A stretch of DNA of 61,723 bases, filler included, from Deltaproteobacteria bacterium (GTDB lineage: Bacteria > JACQOV01): the NCBI GenBank assembly GCA_016202395.1. It is 3 parts of 3 records of this genome, joined end to end, with 100 filler letters (N's around TTAATTAATTAA, not from the genome) between each part and the next. Parts side by side here need not be neighbours in the genome. Positions count along the whole stretch, not along the records: positions 29,751 to 44,519 come from JACQOV010000031.1; 2 more parts are not named here. One strand, given 5' to 3'. Shown piece after piece: positions 29,651 through 39,737 of the stretch (position 1 is the stretch's first letter; each line of letters starts with the position of its first letter). The notes under the pieces were generated by a model. It saw nothing but the letters and a program-made list of their open reading frames with translations. It was not told the origin of the DNA and ran no database searches. A program made the translations under genes and the position numbers.

Positions 29651-29750
29651 NNNNNNNNNNNNNNNNNNNNNNNNNNNNNNNNNNNNNNNNNNNNTTAATT
29701 AATTAANNNNNNNNNNNNNNNNNNNNNNNNNNNNNNNNNNNNNNNNNNNN
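29651..29750. other. Artificial contig spacer
   Basis: N run flanking TTAATTAATTAA (stops in all six frames), 100 nt. Confidence 0.98.
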
Positions 29751-32700
29751 CCCATACGTCAAAGGATTCCGATCCAAAGCGTATCTTCGAATTCCTTTGG
29801 AGCTATTTCCCGAGACGTACTCTCCAATGATAGGATCGTCATAAAGGCTCGCTGCAAACCAGTCCGACCATCCTTCTCCCATTGCTCCACTTTGTACTCC
29901 AAAAAGACCCAGCACTTCGCTCGGTCCTCCAACCAACCTCGTGGAAACCCCATGGGTGTACTCATGGAGAATTACTTTTCCATCAAAGTCTCCATCGACG
30001 TGCCGAAATCCATCAAATAAATACATCTGCATCCTCGGTTTTCCTTGGGTGGAATCATAGCCATCGGCAGGGGTGTAGAAGTTGGCGTTATCGCGACAAA
30101 GAATCGGATTGCCTTGAGTATCCTGACACAAAAGCTCTGCCCCTGTGCCCCATCCATCTTGGGCGTCCGCAGACACCTCGTCGTTATCAAGCCCCCCCCT
30201 CTCAAAATTGTCTCTCTGGAAATTTCCTGCAGCCTCGTCAAACCCTAAATCGTAGTAATAATCGTGAATAAAATTAACCTGGTAGAAAAGATTGGTGAGG
30301 GCTGCATCGAGATCCGTATTCACATCCGTTCCACCGCTCGTTTCGTAAGAGTTCTGAAAAGCGTATTCAAAATGTCCTTCTGAAGAACTGGGACTATAAC
30401 CAGAGACGTCATTAGCATCCCTATCCTCTTGAGTACAGGTATTGTTTCCTCCCAGGGTTTGATAAATCCCATCCTCCTGATAAAGCCACCCCTTGGGGGA
30501 GGCCGCGGGATCTCCAATAAACGGTTGGAGAACCTGAGATCCGTCGTCAGGATCTTCCTCAAAAACGAGCCCTTGGGGTTGAGTGGATTGAACAAGATTC
30601 GTCTGATAAAGGATCTCTCCGGTGAGAGCATCCACGATAGAATAGTATCTTTCCCGATCATTCCTGTGAAAACGAACCTCCCAAGCTAATCGAAACTTCT
30701 TAAGCATCGGGAAGATTACAAGACTTGCACTATGATAGGCATCCGTTTGAAAAATCCCTTTCCGAAAAACGGTACGATGCGTGGAGTCTGAAGACTCCGA
30801 GAAAATTTGAGGCTCAAAATAAATACCGGGGGTGACCTCCTGTATCACTTCAATGAGCGCCTCTGCAGGAGAAATGTGAGGGGTCGTAGAAACAGAGATC
30901 CTTGGGTAGTACTCTCCGCCTAGAGTGATAATTCTACCCTGAGGATCGATATGAAATTGAATCTGCCCCTGGAAAACGGGGATTTCTTGATAGGATTGTT
31001 TCAAAGTCAAGTGAACCACCCCATTATGGGAGGTTTGGTATTCACTGGCCACTTCCCAGGACGATAAGTCTTTCGGAGAAATTCCAAAAATATCTTCATT
31101 TTGTTTCAGAAAACGAAAAGCAACATCGGAAGGAGAATCTTCACTGGGCGAACTCAAGTATCCGCTAGAATTGAATACAGAACGGGGGCTCTGATGGAGC
31201 GTGTTCCATGAGACTCGGATGCCCTCACCAAATCTCTTTTTCAATCTCTCAAGGATTTCGATAAGATGTCCTTGAGACGACTGTGACCTCCTTCGAGTAT
31301 CCCAATGGAAAAGCGAAGGAAAGGACCTATCTTCCGAGAGATCAGAAACAAAAGACATCGGAAGCCTTGGAGAGTGATCGCAGAAAGAAGTGCTTCCCAA
31401 AGTGCCATCAGAATTGACGTTTTGCGCGTAGATATCGTCATCCCTGCCATCCGTACCATTGCGAGGATCTTCCCAAACAACAATCGCACCCCCTTTATCG
31501 TCACTAACCAGTTGGACCCTATCTTGAAAACCAATAGCTCTGGAAACCGGAAGACCCGAACTTCCCCATAATAAGGTTCCGTTACTATCGATGCGTTGAG
31601 CATAAATGTCCCCTCCGTCTTCCCCCTCTTCTCGGTAGGCAATGATGGCTCCCCCATTCCCATCACTCATTAAATCGGGCCACACCTGATCCCCCTGTAA
31701 GCTTGAAATATTGATTCCCCCAGCAGCCCAAAGCAGATGACCCTCCCCATCCACCCGTTGAGAAAAAATACTCCAACCGCTTGACCGCGGATCATGCCAC
31801 ACAACAATCGCTCCCCCCAACCCATCACTGACCAGTTTCGGATCCCCTTGATCGTATTGCCCTGCGTAGATGGGAATCCCATTCGTCGCCCAGAGAGCAA
31901 CTCCATCACTGTTTATCCGCTGAGCGTAAATTTCAGCCCCCGTTACATTGATAGGATAAAAAGACCAAACAACAATCGCACCCCCGGCACCATCATGGAT
32001 GAGCTGAGATTCATAATCCGAACCCGGATCCGTAGCAATGGGTACGCCATCCATTGCCCAAAACATATTTCCGCTGGCATCGATCCGCTGAGCGTAAAGG
32101 TCAGGGTTCACACCACTGCGATAATCTGTCCATACCACAATAGCACCCCCCGAATCGTCCGCAATCAGATCAAGCTGGCCTTGACTTCTCGCAGCCGTAC
32201 AAATCGGAATTCCGTCACGGGTCCAGAGAAGATTACCATTTCCATCGATTCTTTGAGCGTAGATATCGGCATAAGAGCTATTCCGTTGATCCTCCCAAAC
32301 AATAATAGCTCCCCCAGCTCGATCTGAAACAAGACGAGGTTCATATTGTGCCCCTATTGCCACAGAAATAGGGATGCCATCGGTCGTCCAAAGAATTTTT
32401 CCATTGGAATCTACTCTCTGAGCATAAACGTCCGACTCATCGAAATCCTCTTGGTAGGAGTACCAGGTGATGATCGCTCCGCCCACACCATCACTTACAA
32501 TTTCAGGTACCCTTTGATCTCCTACTGTTGCAGAGATAGGTAATCCCTCTGTAGTCCACAAAACATCCCCATGCCCATCAATGCGTTGGGCGTAAATATC
32601 TCCATTATCGGCGCGCTCATCCCACCATGTAATAATCGCTCCTCCCGCACCGTCGCTCACGAGTTTTGGAATCCATTGAACATTGGGAGCCATGGAGATC

Positions 32701-32798
32701 GGCACATTGACACTAGGATCGCTGGGCCAACCCGCCGCAACCGATATCAAAGGGCAAAATATAAGAATAAATGCTGGGATTCCTCGTATAAATTTCAT
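29751..32798 (-). CDS. Secreted M36 (fungalysin) metallopeptidase with N-terminal repeat domain; 3' end truncated by contig end
   Basis: Signal peptide, 8 GGAI/YAQR repeats, FTP/PepSY-like propeptide, LGFDEAAGNFQ, HEYTHG and MGEGWSD. Confidence 0.88.
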
Positions 32799-32970
32799 GA
32801 AAACTCCTTGATCTGATGAACAAAGAAACTGAAAGACAGAAACCTTTGAAGAAGTAATGCTCATGGATATCGCTTATAGTCCAAGTAAATGTCAGATCGC
32901 TATTTGAAAGTCAAGGTTTCGGTATGTCTAAAAGAGGAAAAATACCCCTCTATCCCATCGAAAATAAACT

Positions 32971-33186
32971 TCAGCTACCCCCCTTGTTGTTGACGCCATG
33001 AACCTTCTCCCATCGCTCGACCCATTGGGATAGCTCTTCCACATAACAATACCGCTTCCCCGTCACACTCCTTCGAACCGGAACATGCCATCTCTTCCAA
33101 TTCTTCTGAAGAGAACGGATCGAAGGACGAGTCGGAATAAACTCCCGGATCTTCCCCCACGTGTCAATCGTCACCTTCGGACTCAT
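32971..33186 (-). CDS. Small basic Xis/MerR-like HTH protein
   Basis: GAGGGG RBS, overlaps portal stop; W..I..F....IRSLQ..W..VPV..EL..W pattern. Confidence 0.55.
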   Translation of the reverse strand: MSPKVTIDTWGKIREFIPTRPSIRSLQKNWKRWHVPVRRSVTGKRYCYVEELSQWVERWEKVHGVNNKGGS

Positions 33187-34729
33187 GCTTCCCCTCCTGC
33201 TCTGGACTCTTCAACGAGGTGGATTGCAAATTCCCATTGCTACTCACTTTGCGAGGATCACTATCCAAAACTAAACCCAGCTTATCTAAAGTTTCATTGT
33301 CCTTTCTCATCTGCTCCAGATGATCCAAGGGATCATAGCCATACATCTTGATCACTTCACTTAAGGTTAAGATGCCTGCCCGAATCGCTTGAATCAGAGC
33401 GGGGATCTCTTTGGTCGGATCAATCATCTCTCTCTTCGGAGGAGTCCATACCACTTCGACTCCATGAGAGTTCCTTCCCTGAAGCTCAGAAGCTTGGAGA
33501 AACCAATCAAAAACAGGATCTAAAAAGCGGGGGATTAAAAGAAGCCATCTCCATTCCTCAATGTTCCGCATAAACTCAAGCCACCCCATCCGAGCGCTGG
33601 AGAAATTCACCTCACTATAATCCCCTGTGAGGCACTCATAAGGAATCCCAAGTCCTGCGGCAATCGCATGCAGGGTGACACTGGTGTATTCTTTATACCC
33701 CTCCACTCCCGGAGGATTGGCAAAGGTCACAGTCTTGCCCGGAGGCAAAAACTCAATCATCGCAGGCTCGACCTTCTCTCCGAGCTTTTCGTTGTCACTG
33801 TCGGTTAAGGGCTCGGGTTGAGATTCGAGGTCTTGGACAAAGGCCGTAAAACAAGCCGCTATCTTTTGTCTTACGAGTTGGGCATCCTCATACTCATCAA
33901 AATCCCTCAGCCGGATCATACACGGAGCCATCCACGGAACCCCTCGGATCTGACCGGCTCGATCGATTCGATAGAGATGCAGAATATCACGGGCGGGAAT
34001 CCGATTCGCCTTGAGAGTAATGGACCTTCCCCATCCCCTATCTCCCGGGTGCTCTTCAAAGAGGTGATAAGCAATTCTCCTACCCTTGCTGTCAAATTCT
34101 ATGCCTTGAATAATCTTGTGGCCATTATTCCCCTCTCGATACAGCGTGGAATCGACAAAGTCTCCTTCCAAGATTTGGACCTGTAAAGGAATGATGAGGT
34201 TTTCGGAGGATCGAGAAGGACGTTTCCGTATAAAACACTCTCCGGATTCGGCAATCGTTCGCATCACCAATCGCTCGAGGCCTGAGAGAGTTTGCATCCC
34301 TTCAAAGTCGACTTGAGGGGTTTCACTCCACTCCTTCCATAATCGGTCATAGTCTCGCTCTCGAGCCGAGCTGGTGGCTTTGACTTGACCTAATATTCCA
34401 GCCCCCACCACATTATTGTGAATCACCTGAATGGCACGAGCGGCATAACCGTTATTGCGCACCAAATCTCGAGAACGGGCTCGTAGACGAGAGAGGGCCG
34501 AGGTAATCTCGGTATTGGCGGAAGAATCGGGGGTCAGCCACCCTTCGGTTCTCCGACTGGTGGAGGCTCCTTCGTATTTGCGACGCCAAGAAGAAATGGA
34601 AGCAGAAGAACGCAAGGGCTCTTCAAGGAGTTGCGCGGCATAGCGATACCTCATCCTCCTGACTTTCAAAGCGGGTGAAAAATAGCCCAAGAATTGATCC
34701 AATCGATTGGCTAATTTATTCACTTTCAT
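33164..34729 (-). CDS. Phage portal protein, lambda family
   Basis: LRARSRDLVRNN, GQIRGVPW, LTGDYSEVNFSSARMG, IDPTKE. Confidence 0.95.
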   Translation of the reverse strand: MKVNKLANRLDQFLGYFSPALKVRRMRYRYAAQLLEEPLRSSASISSWRRKYEGASTSRRTEGWLTPDSSANTEITSALSRLRARSRDLVRNNGYAARAIQVIHNNVVGAGILGQVKATSSARERDYDRLWKEWSETPQVDFEGMQTLSGLERLVMRTIAESGECFIRKRPSRSSENLIIPLQVQILEGDFVDSTLYREGNNGHKIIQGIEFDSKGRRIAYHLFEEHPGDRGWGRSITLKANRIPARDILHLYRIDRAGQIRGVPWMAPCMIRLRDFDEYEDAQLVRQKIAACFTAFVQDLESQPEPLTDSDNEKLGEKVEPAMIEFLPPGKTVTFANPPGVEGYKEYTSVTLHAIAAGLGIPYECLTGDYSEVNFSSARMGWLEFMRNIEEWRWLLLIPRFLDPVFDWFLQASELQGRNSHGVEVVWTPPKREMIDPTKEIPALIQAIRAGILTLSEVIKMYGYDPLDHLEQMRKDNETLDKLGLVLDSDPRKVSSNGNLQSTSLKSPEQEGKHESEGDD

Positions 34730-34934
34730 CCTCGTCCCATAGCCCTTTCGAGAAGCTCGCTTTCACTCGGACCGTCTTGGAGGCCACTCCCAACGATTGC
34801 CTCATCAAATCCCGAATCCGAATCATCTCCTCAAAACTCCGATACGTGATCATCTTATCTTGATATTTGACTGCGAGTGTTCCATCGGCAATTGCCTGTT
34901 CCAAACTATCGAGCTGATCTTGTGTAAAAGCCAT
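34716..34934 (-). CDS. gpW-like head-tail joining protein
   Basis: MAFTQDQLDSLEQAIADG..V.Y....TYRS; lies between terL and portal. Confidence 0.85.
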   Translation of the reverse strand: MAFTQDQLDSLEQAIADGTLAVKYQDKMITYRSFEEMIRIRDLMRQSLGVASKTVRVKASFSKGLWDEDESE

Positions 34935-34949
34935 CTCTTTCTCCTCTCT

Positions 34950-36887
34950 TCAATTCCAAAAAGTGCTTTTTCTCCGGGGGACGGGTGATACTTTAGGTTT
35001 TGGCAAAACGGATGTTGGAGCTATCGACGGATTCGGTACAGGAACTTTTATCCCCAACTCCTTCTCCAATCTCTCCCACTGCGCCTCTTCCCATCGATCC
35101 ATCCCACAGACCACCGCGGCCGCTCGGGCATACACCCGACAGTCTAATGCCTCGTTTCGTTCATACCTCTTCTGCCATTCATAACGTCGGTACCCTTTCA
35201 CGATTTTTACCATCAGCTCCTCACTGGTGAGCTGTTTAAAAAACTCCTCTCCATACTGAGGAAAATGACAGAAGCCATACGGCTCCTCCTCTCCTTCCCC
35301 AGGACCCGATTGTCGAAGGAATCCATACAACTCCGACTTGATCACCGAGGTCCCGATCGGCCACACCTTAAGCCCTCTTCGGTATCTCTTCCCCTGAAAG
35401 GTGACCTCTGTGGCTTTGGGCTGCCCGACCGTCAAGCTCCTCTCCGCATACCCTTTGATCGCCATCACCCGTTGAATGGGAAACTTCCGACACCAGGAGT
35501 AAACCTGCTGAGTATTGAACCCACTATCGACCGCCATCATCCGGATGGGGAGAGAAAGACCGCAGGTGTGTAAAAATGTCTCATTTAATACTTGCTCTAA
35601 CCGATCCCAAACCTCTGTGCTGGAGGTATCCCCAGGTAGAACCCGATAATCCACCGACCAGGATCTCTTCTTTCTTCCCCATGCGACAATCTCACACTCG
35701 ATTCGATCCCTCTGCACATCGACTCCGGCTGTAAGGAAAAGACCTTGTTTAGGAACCGTATTGAAGGGGTACTCCTCTCGCCTCTCATAGAGCCTCTTCC
35801 AATCGGGGGCCTCCCCTTTGTCTTTCCAAGTCTCCCCCAGAACCGTGTTGATAAACACCCGGAGCTTCTCCGGGTTGTTTTGACTCTCTTCCCACAGCGA
35901 TGCGGCCTCTCCCCAGGAAAACCATCCTACAGGGCTATAGAGAGCGGAAAGATGAAATCCGACTTTGTGGGGAGTAGAAGTATTGGAAGCTAAGGAGGGA
36001 GGGTTTTCGGCTCTCCACTCTCCTTGCTCGAGCATCCAGCTTTTGAATCGTTCCTCAATGGGCTCTCGACAGAGGTCACAGTGATAAACCGCTTCAAAAG
36101 GTTTCCCTTTAGACCACTTTATTTGAGCCCACTTTAACGTTTGATACCCCTTGCAATGAGGACAAGGCAGATAATACTTCCTCTGGTCACTCTCGAGGTA
36201 GGAGGCCTCTATTCGGGAACGATTCTGAATCGTAGGGGTCGAGACCTGTAATATCTTGCGCCGTGAAAAAGTACGGGTCCGGGCTTTCGCTAAAACTACC
36301 GGATCCCCCTCCCCATCCACATCCCCAGGATAGGCATCCACCTCATCCAAGAACAAGTGTTTGACCGGCATCGAGCGCAGTCCCACGGAGGAGTTCGCTC
36401 CCGTCAGGATTAAAGTCCCCCCGATAAACTCCTTGCTTAAAATGGTATTCCCACTATCTCGACTCTTGGGAGGTCTTACTTTTGTCTTAAGTCTTGGAGA
36501 CTCTTGGATCAGAGGCTCAATGCGTTGCTTGCTATTCCGCTTGGCGAGTTCTACCGTAGGCTGGACCATGAGCATGGGGCCCGGAGAACAATCAATCACA
36601 TAGCCGAGCCAGTTATTGCCACACTCGGTTCCTCCCACCTGAGAGCCTTTCATGAAAACGACTTCTTGAACGGGAGAGGAGGAAGATAAAGCATCCATAA
36701 TCTCTTTGAGATACGGAGTCCGAGACGTCCTCCAAGGCCCAGGCTCCGCAGAGGCTTTGGGCGAGAGTTTGCGATACTGATCGGCCCACTCCGAAACAGA
36801 AAGTAGAGGGTCCGGCTTCAAACCGGCCCATAAAGCTTGGGTGTAAATGGGAGAGAGGTTGATCTCAGAGATACTATTCCCTTCCAT
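34950..36887 (-). CDS. Terminase large subunit, GpA family
   Basis: VSEWAD, TPYL, KGSQVGGTE, LDEVD, STPT, GVDVQ, RNEALDC. Confidence 0.97.
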   Translation of the reverse strand: MEGNSISEINLSPIYTQALWAGLKPDPLLSVSEWADQYRKLSPKASAEPGPWRTSRTPYLKEIMDALSSSSPVQEVVFMKGSQVGGTECGNNWLGYVIDCSPGPMLMVQPTVELAKRNSKQRIEPLIQESPRLKTKVRPPKSRDSGNTILSKEFIGGTLILTGANSSVGLRSMPVKHLFLDEVDAYPGDVDGEGDPVVLAKARTRTFSRRKILQVSTPTIQNRSRIEASYLESDQRKYYLPCPHCKGYQTLKWAQIKWSKGKPFEAVYHCDLCREPIEERFKSWMLEQGEWRAENPPSLASNTSTPHKVGFHLSALYSPVGWFSWGEAASLWEESQNNPEKLRVFINTVLGETWKDKGEAPDWKRLYERREEYPFNTVPKQGLFLTAGVDVQRDRIECEIVAWGRKKRSWSVDYRVLPGDTSSTEVWDRLEQVLNETFLHTCGLSLPIRMMAVDSGFNTQQVYSWCRKFPIQRVMAIKGYAERSLTVGQPKATEVTFQGKRYRRGLKVWPIGTSVIKSELYGFLRQSGPGEGEEEPYGFCHFPQYGEEFFKQLTSEELMVKIVKGYRRYEWQKRYERNEALDCRVYARAAAVVCGMDRWEEAQWERLEKELGIKVPVPNPSIAPTSVLPKPKVSPVPRRKSTFWN

Positions 36888-37377
36888 GAGATAGCTCCTC
36901 TAAAGCCTTGTGAATCTCCGTATTCAATCGCTCAAAGACTTTGTGAGAATCGCCCTCGGCTGCAAGCTCCTCTGATAATCGTTTAGGGAGATTGAGCAAG
37001 GCCTCTCTCACCTTTCTCCCCACCTCAAAAGCCTCTGTCCTGACCTGATCCACAGCCACGTATTTGCCACACTTAATCTCGTATTCGAGCTTAGCGAGCT
37101 TCGCCTCGTACTTCTCCCGCATCGCCTTAGCCTGCCGATAGCTCTGGAGAGATTCCCCTTCGATCGGAGGCTCCCTCTGTAAAGCCGGATCGGTATTTTC
37201 CTCCCATTCTCGATCGGCCACCTCGGGATCCATCCGCAGATTCCCTTTAGAATCCGTGACCGTGGAAATCCTCCCACTTTCTATGGCCTTTTGCACCGCT
37301 CGAAGCCTCACCCCTCGATGCCGGGCATAAGCGGTGCGACTCATCCCACCCTTTTCTTTCTCCTTGGATGAAGTCAT
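36874..37377 (-). CDS. Terminase small subunit
   Basis: SRTAYARHRGV..AVQKAI..GRI HTH plus coiled coil, directly upstream of terL. Confidence 0.85.
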   Translation of the reverse strand: MTSSKEKEKGGMSRTAYARHRGVRLRAVQKAIESGRISTVTDSKGNLRMDPEVADREWEENTDPALQREPPIEGESLQSYRQAKAMREKYEAKLAKLEYEIKCGKYVAVDQVRTEAFEVGRKVREALLNLPKRLSEELAAEGDSHKVFERLNTEIHKALEELSHGRE

Positions 37378-37427
37378 TTCCTAATCCACTACCCCCCAGA
37401 AGTCTCTATGACTAGGTTTTTTTTGCA

Positions 37428-37467
37428 GGCTCGCCGCCCGCTTTCAAAAAACCATGAGGAAGGACCC
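37428..37467 (-). other. Lambda-like cos site (cosQ plus cosN)
   Basis: Minus strand GGGTCCT (37467-37461), 21 nt, then GGGCGGCGAGCC (37439-37428; 10/12 to lambda GGGCGGCGACCT), 50 nt upstream of terS. Confidence 0.75.
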
Positions 37468-37508
37468 TAACCTTTTGAAAATAAAACATTTTCTAACTTT
37501 TCGTTGAG

Positions 37509-38105
37509 TCAGGATATCCCCCATTTTGATAATTCAAAATTAAAGTTAGAGGAAAATTCTTTCCCATATCGTTCTCTCGCATAGCGCTCTAAAGGAGATA
37601 AAAACTCTTTCCTTTGAAAAAGAGTCGTCAGGGGTGGAATACTTTGCTTCATCAAAGGAGATCGGCCAGGATCTTTTCGACGAAAGACTTGTTTGGACCG
37701 CACACGAGCAATAAAAGCATGGGGTAATTGCTGTCTCCTTCCAGGCTGAATCTCCGCTCTCAAAGGTTTGCGCTCTCGGATCGCAATCCCTTTCTGAATG
37801 GCTGGCTCTTGAGAGCCCAAGACAAATGGAAGTAAGGGAATAGGTTTTGTAGAAACCGAGAGTAGGGCCTCCATCCCTTGAAGAGAATAACTTCTTGCTC
37901 TATCCACTCGAAAATAATTCTGATTAATCTCGGAGGCTTTAAGCTTGCGCTCTTGTCGAACCTGAACATTGGCTTGGGTGCGCACTCCTTCAATCGTGCG
38001 GTTGAGAGATCTCTTTACCGATCGCAGCACCGCTCTGGCTTTGAGGCGATCTAAAAATACGGGGATCTTCCCAAAATCATGCTCAAAGCGAATCTCTAAG
38101 GACAT
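37509..38105 (-). CDS. Phage protein, GpZ-like minor tail/completion family
   Basis: RSLNRT, HAFIA..VFRR pattern; very basic. Confidence 0.6.
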   Translation of the reverse strand: MSLEIRFEHDFGKIPVFLDRLKARAVLRSVKRSLNRTIEGVRTQANVQVRQERKLKASEINQNYFRVDRARSYSLQGMEALLSVSTKPIPLLPFVLGSQEPAIQKGIAIRERKPLRAEIQPGRRQQLPHAFIARVRSKQVFRRKDPGRSPLMKQSIPPLTTLFQRKEFLSPLERYARERYGKEFSSNFNFELSKWGIS

Positions 38106-38120
38106 GCAACTCCTCGATGT

Positions 38121-38870
38121 CTAGCCACGAATCTTTTTTGATTTTCTCCCACTCTCTTTCTCCCAACGCTTCAAAATCACCTCACAATAATTCGGCTCGA
38201 TCTCCATCATGTAACAACGTCGCCTCCATTGCTCACAGGCTATGAGCGTTGTCCCTGTCCCCCCAAAGGGATCATAAATCATCTCCCCCTCCTCACTGTT
38301 ATTCCGAATAGGTCGCACCATACATTCCAAAGGCTTCTGAGCCCGATGATTCCACCACCCTTCGCTCGCTCGAAAACCCGGATGATTCAAAGTCGCAATC
38401 TTCCACACCGTGGATTGATCTCTTGCCCCCTGCCAGCGATGTTTTTCCCCTTTCCTTACCGCATACCAACACACCTCATGCTGCCAATGATAATCGCCTC
38501 GGCTCAAAGCAAAATTATGCTTGACCCAAATAATCGGATTGACGAGCTTAAAACCGCATCCCTCCAAATGCTCTGCCACGCGATGGGAATAAAAAGCTGC
38601 ATGCCATACATAACAAATATTCCCGGGGAAATACGTAAAAGCCTCGGTCCAATCGATGCGGTCATCTTTGAATAAGCTTCCCCGTTTCTTTTGGTGTAAT
38701 ACATCTCGCCAACGAGGATCATAGTGAACCCCGTAAGGAGGATCGGTCACCATCAAGAGAGGCTTTTCCTTCTGTAAAAGCCTTTCCACATCCCCCTTCT
38801 GAGTCGCATCCCCACAGAGCAGCCGATGCTCCCCTAACGCCCAAAGATCTCCCCGCCGCACTCGTGCCAC
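38121..38870 (-). CDS. Phage DNA N4/N6 methyltransferase
   Basis: GEHRLLCGD, TDPPY, QKP, DPFGGTGTT. Confidence 0.9.
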   Translation of the reverse strand: MARVRRGDLWALGEHRLLCGDATQKGDVERLLQKEKPLLMVTDPPYGVHYDPRWRDVLHQKKRGSLFKDDRIDWTEAFTYFPGNICYVWHAAFYSHRVAEHLEGCGFKLVNPIIWVKHNFALSRGDYHWQHEVCWYAVRKGEKHRWQGARDQSTVWKIATLNHPGFRASEGWWNHRAQKPLECMVRPIRNNSEEGEMIYDPFGGTGTTLIACEQWRRRCYMMEIEPNYCEVILKRWEKESGRKSKKIRG

Positions 38871-38917
38871 AACCTTCTCTCCCTCAAATCTCTAATGACA
38901 TCGATACAAAACCCAAT

Positions 38918-38955
38918 AAAAAAGGCGGCCTGCCTTGCGACAAAAACCGCCTTTT
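38918..38955 (-). terminator. Intrinsic terminator-like hairpin (second of the pair)
   Basis: AAAAGGCGG..CCGCCTTTT stem with T run. Confidence 0.55.
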
Positions 38956-38984
38956 CTGTTCTCCTAAAAAGGGTGTCTAAACTT

Positions 38985-39010
38985 AAAAAAACCCGCACTT
39001 CTCGCGGGTT
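38985..39010 (-). terminator. Intrinsic terminator (first of the pair)
   Basis: Minus strand AACCCGC-GAGAAGT-GCGGGTT followed by T run. Confidence 0.65.
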
Positions 39011-39039
39011 CTCCCAAACACTCCCTACATTCTAGCCTG

Positions 39040-39068
39040 AAGTTACCAGCTCATGGACACACTGTCAA
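39040..39068 (-). promoter_or_regulatory. Sigma70 promoter, candidate phage late promoter
   Basis: TTGACA-17 bp-TAACTT with TGn extension and upstream A-tracts. Confidence 0.65.
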
Positions 39069-39128
39069 TCATTTTTTTACTTTTTGTTTTGAATGCTTCC
39101 TAAGCCAACCTCCCCATCCCTATCGGGA

Positions 39129-39737
39129 TCAGGGAGGAATGCCAGGATCTTCCACAGGAAGAGCAGGCAACTCTATCCCATATTGATGGTAAAAATAAAA
39201 ACGAACGAAGCCGTAGGCCTCCTTCTCCATGGGATGAAGATATTCCGCCCTCTCCCATCCCACTTGTTGAACCACGATCCGTTTTAATCGGCCATATTCC
39301 TGATAATAAGCCTCCACCGTAGGAAACCGAAGGCGTTGAAAGACATGGACTAACTCGTGAGCGGTCACTTTTTCCATCTCCCCCACAACCACTCGGCCCT
39401 CCCCTTCGGGGTTCAAAGGAGCCCCCACTTTCTGAAAGAGCAATTCTAACGCCGTATCCACGGAGGCCATGTTGAACTCAATCACATCCCACTTCGGCAC
39501 GAATCCACCCCCAAAGGGGATCTCATACCGCTCTCCTCCAGGAGGATGAATCGGTATCTTCTCTGTCAAATGAACCAATCGGAATCGGAGTCGCTCCCCA
39601 ATATATTTCCGATCGGCTTCGGTGACCGTAAAAGAGGGATCTCCCCCCATCTGCCTCCATTCCTGATAGGCTTCTGTCATCCGAAGGATCGAAGGCCTCA
39701 AAGCTGGACTGCGGATCTCCGTATAGGGAAGGTGCAT
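39129..39737 (-). CDS. Hypothetical protein with zincin HExxH motif
   Basis: AHELVHVFQ and downstream HPMEKEAY. Confidence 0.6.
   Translation of the reverse strand: MHLPYTEIRSPALRPSILRMTEAYQEWRQMGGDPSFTVTEADRKYIGERLRFRLVHLTEKIPIHPPGGERYEIPFGGGFVPKWDVIEFNMASVDTALELLFQKVGAPLNPEGEGRVVVGEMEKVTAHELVHVFQRLRFPTVEAYYQEYGRLKRIVVQQVGWERAEYLHPMEKEAYGFVRFYFYHQYGIELPALPVEDPGIPP

Noticed and set aside
29651-29750. TTAATTAATTAA palindrome and apparent glycan-locus/protease adjacency
   Set aside because: Artificial scaffold linker; ORF ends running into Ns are artefacts
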